A DNA stretch of 47,422 nucleotides from the UHGV virus genome UHGV-0327568; one strand, written 5' to 3'. The position numbers were made by a program, and so were the translations under genes. The notes under the pieces were generated by a model, which did no database searches, had not been told where the DNA came from, and saw only the letters and a list, made by a program, of their open reading frames with translations. The DNA is from a virus. This document shows, in pieces, positions 45,686 to 47,422 of the stretch. How positions within the stretch are numbered: the first letter of the stretch is position 1; each line of letters opens with the position of its first letter.

Positions 45686-46726
45686 TTAAAAGTTTTCGAT
45701 GTTCTGTTGAGATGTTGATGGCTTCTCTTCGTTTGCAGATGACGCTGGCGCATCTGTTTTCTGGAGTTTGGCCGGGTTGAAATCGTCCTGCGGTGTGATA
45801 GTTACCGCCGCTGGCGATTCATCATTAATGAATGATTCAATGCGCTCATACTCTTCTGCTGATGCCTTCAATGTAGGCCAGATTGCACGAATTTTTGCTT
45901 TCACTGAATCAGGCAAGTTAACTGCCTCGGCAGTTAGCGCAGCAATGCCTTTTGACGCCGTCATTTGAAGTTTAGAGCGCCAGTGCTCAAACTCTTCGTC
46001 GACCTTGACACCTGAATCTACCCATTTAATTAAACCACGACCATGAGCCTCGCCTAAGTATCCTTCGTGCACACTATCACGGCCTGAATCAAAGAAAATT
46101 GGACGCAACTCTTCTGGTAGCTTGGTAAATTCCTGAATTTTCCCATTATCATACATCATCATGCTTACTGTCATTTCAAACATAAAATCTTTTTCGCATA
46201 CAGCATGCAATCCGAGGGATTCAGGTTTCTTGGGGTTTTTAAAGCTCGTTTTCTCTCTGGCGCGTAAACATACAATGATATGCATATTGCTCTGCAAAAG
46301 AGCGCTCATGAATTTTTTATGTTCAGACTTAGCTCGCTTCCAGTCTGCCATTGCCTTACCCTGCAATAGTGGTTGCTCTGCAATATCATTGCATCCGCCT
46401 TCACCTTCCCATTCGTGCGATCCTGAATCAATAACCAGAACCTTAACGCCTGCCTCCTGAAATTCCTCGATAGCCTGGCGGTAACGAGCTGGACTAAATG
46501 GCGCATACAAATCAGCGTGCATAAATGGACCGTCAAGCTCTCCAGAATAAAGCCTGCCACGACCATTTTCAGAGTCAAGAAATCCAATTTCTTCTGGTTT
46601 ATCGACCATACCTCGCGCCATCTTTAGTGCCGTAAGCGTCTTACCGCTACCAGACTGACCTGAAATGCCAATCACTACGCGTGAACCAGAGCGCTCTGCT
46701 GGCTTAATGTTTAAAATACCCATCAC
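45686..46726 (-). CDS. AAA-family recombination ATPase (Sak4/RecA-like)
   Basis: Walker A GISGQSGSGKT. Sits in the recombination module between SSB and the exonuclease. Confidence 0.7.
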   Translation of the reverse strand: MMGILNIKPAERSGSRVVIGISGQSGSGKTLTALKMARGMVDKPEEIGFLDSENGRGRLYSGELDGPFMHADLYAPFSPARYRQAIEEFQEAGVKVLVIDSGSHEWEGEGGCNDIAEQPLLQGKAMADWKRAKSEHKKFMSALLQSNMHIIVCLRAREKTSFKNPKKPESLGLHAVCEKDFMFEMTVSMMMYDNGKIQEFTKLPEELRPIFFDSGRDSVHEGYLGEAHGRGLIKWVDSGVKVDEEFEHWRSKLQMTASKGIAALTAEAVNLPDSVKAKIRAIWPTLKASAEEYERIESFINDESPAAVTITPQDDFNPAKLQKTDAPASSANEEKPSTSQQNIENF

Positions 46727-46746
46727 TTCACCTCATTTACTATAAA

Positions 46747-47422
46747 TTACAGGTTAAATTGCTTTTTGAACCATTCCGGCGTTTCCATTTCGATGACCGG
46801 ATTACCCATTGAGTAGCCAGGCCATGAATTGGCTTTTTTGCATGCCTTATAGATTTCCATCGCGCTGCGCAGCTGAATGCGACCAATGCGTAACTGTTCA
46901 TCAGTCAGACGAATCAACGCAGGGATGAATGGAGATTTCTTCTCCTGCACCAGAAGATTTACCGAGCGAGGTGCATGCCCATAAGCCTCGACAAACATGT
47001 CGTGTTGCATCGCCATCTTCATAAAGTACCCTAGCCGCGCTGCATGGCGGAAAAACTCATCAGGCTTGGCGCTCACTGCTGTTTTGTAGTCGATGATGTC
47101 GCCACCGCGAGTAAGGCAGTCAAAGCGCACCTTTGATGGTTCGCCAAGCAACTGACCGAGAATTGACACCTCGGAATAAGCACCAGAAAGCAGGCTGCTG
47201 TAATAGCTGTTTGCATGGATTACAGCGCGCATCTGCATGATGGCGTCATAATCATTGCCTTCCAGCATTGATTTACCAGTAGCGGCCTTCTCTGCTTCTT
47301 CACGGATAACATCGTAAATCTGCACTGTCTCGCCAGTGGCCTGAATAATTTTAATCACTTCGGCTTTAGTCTTACCTGAAAGGCCTTTAATGCCGCGCTC
47401 TTTCGCCCATGAGTTCATGTCG
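46747..47422 (-). CDS. PD-(D/E)XK exonuclease, C-terminal fragment (N-terminus beyond right edge)
   Basis: ...RFDCLTRGGDIIDYKT... carries a D/ExK-like motif. Frame is open through 47422. Likely the same gene as the fragment at 1-281 if the genome is circular or permuted. Confidence 0.5.
   Translation of the reverse strand, partial: DMNSWAKERGIKGLSGKTKAEVIKIIQATGETVQIYDVIREEAEKAATGKSMLEGNDYDAIMQMRAVIHANSYYSSLLSGAYSEVSILGQLLGEPSKVRFDCLTRGGDIIDYKTAVSAKPDEFFRHAARLGYFMKMAMQHDMFVEAYGHAPRSVNLLVQEKKSPFIPALIRLTDEQLRIGRIQLRSAMEIYKACKKANSWPGYSMGNPVIEMETPEWFKKQFNL

Noticed and set aside
1-47422. CRISPR array, integrase, repressor or attachment site
   Set aside because: No regularly spaced direct repeats of CRISPR type. 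No tyrosine or serine recombinase-like ORF. No CI/Cro-like pair. I therefore did not call this a prophage or temperate element.

Overview
The window reads as an almost complete ~47.4 kb genome of a tailed dsDNA phage, siphovirus-like, with an enterobacterial-type ribosome-binding site and terminator style. All annotation is by eye from the ORF track and motifs. I see no integrase or repressor, so it is probably virulent. The layout is modular. The left arm (1-6394) is mostly minus-strand replication and recombination genes: an exonuclease VIII-like N-terminal fragment, a VRR-NUC nuclease, an SF2 DEAD/DEAH helicase with zinc ribbons, a primase zinc-ribbon/toprim-like protein, a DUF3987 protein and an AP2 DNA-binding protein. 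It is followed by an AT-rich region (6395-6860) with iterons and palindromes that looks like an origin. Next comes a long rightward block of late genes. It holds small early-looking ORFs, small and large terminase, portal, a Mu F / SPP1 gp7 head-morphogenesis protein, and a lysis cassette of endolysin, holin and overlapped spanins. It continues with scaffold, major capsid, head-tail connector proteins and major tail protein with an Ig-like C-terminus. The block ends with the tape measure, M/L/K/J-like tip proteins and a tail fibre with a C-terminal SGNH esterase domain. The large terminase is interrupted by a LAGLIDADG intein in its P-loop. The right end (45173-47422) carries minus-strand SSB, an AAA ATPase and a PD-(D/E)XK exonuclease C-terminal fragment. 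That fragment and the N-terminal fragment at position 1 may be one gene split by the window edges, which would mean a circular or permuted complete genome. Five short leftward accessory cassettes interrupt the rightward late block. Each starts at a divergent promoter region carrying a conserved ~14-bp element (consensus TCAATCTACGTCAA, six copies in the window). Each ends at a bidirectional terminator. The most unusual cassette (26425-29564) combines a ParB-like nuclease-domain protein, a DNA cytosine-5 methyltransferase and a truncated homolog of the host beta sliding clamp (DnaN). Other notable content follows. Two tRNA genes, Met(CAT) and Arg(TCT), sit on the minus strand. Next to them is a ~0.9 kb repeat-rich non-coding region with a tRNA-like remnant. 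There are three HNH-AP2 homing-endonuclease genes and a Lar-like anti-restriction gene. One cassette encodes a MazG-like pyrophosphohydrolase and another a secreted protein with a zinc-ribbon protein. Product names are inferred from remembered family motifs and need homology searches to confirm.
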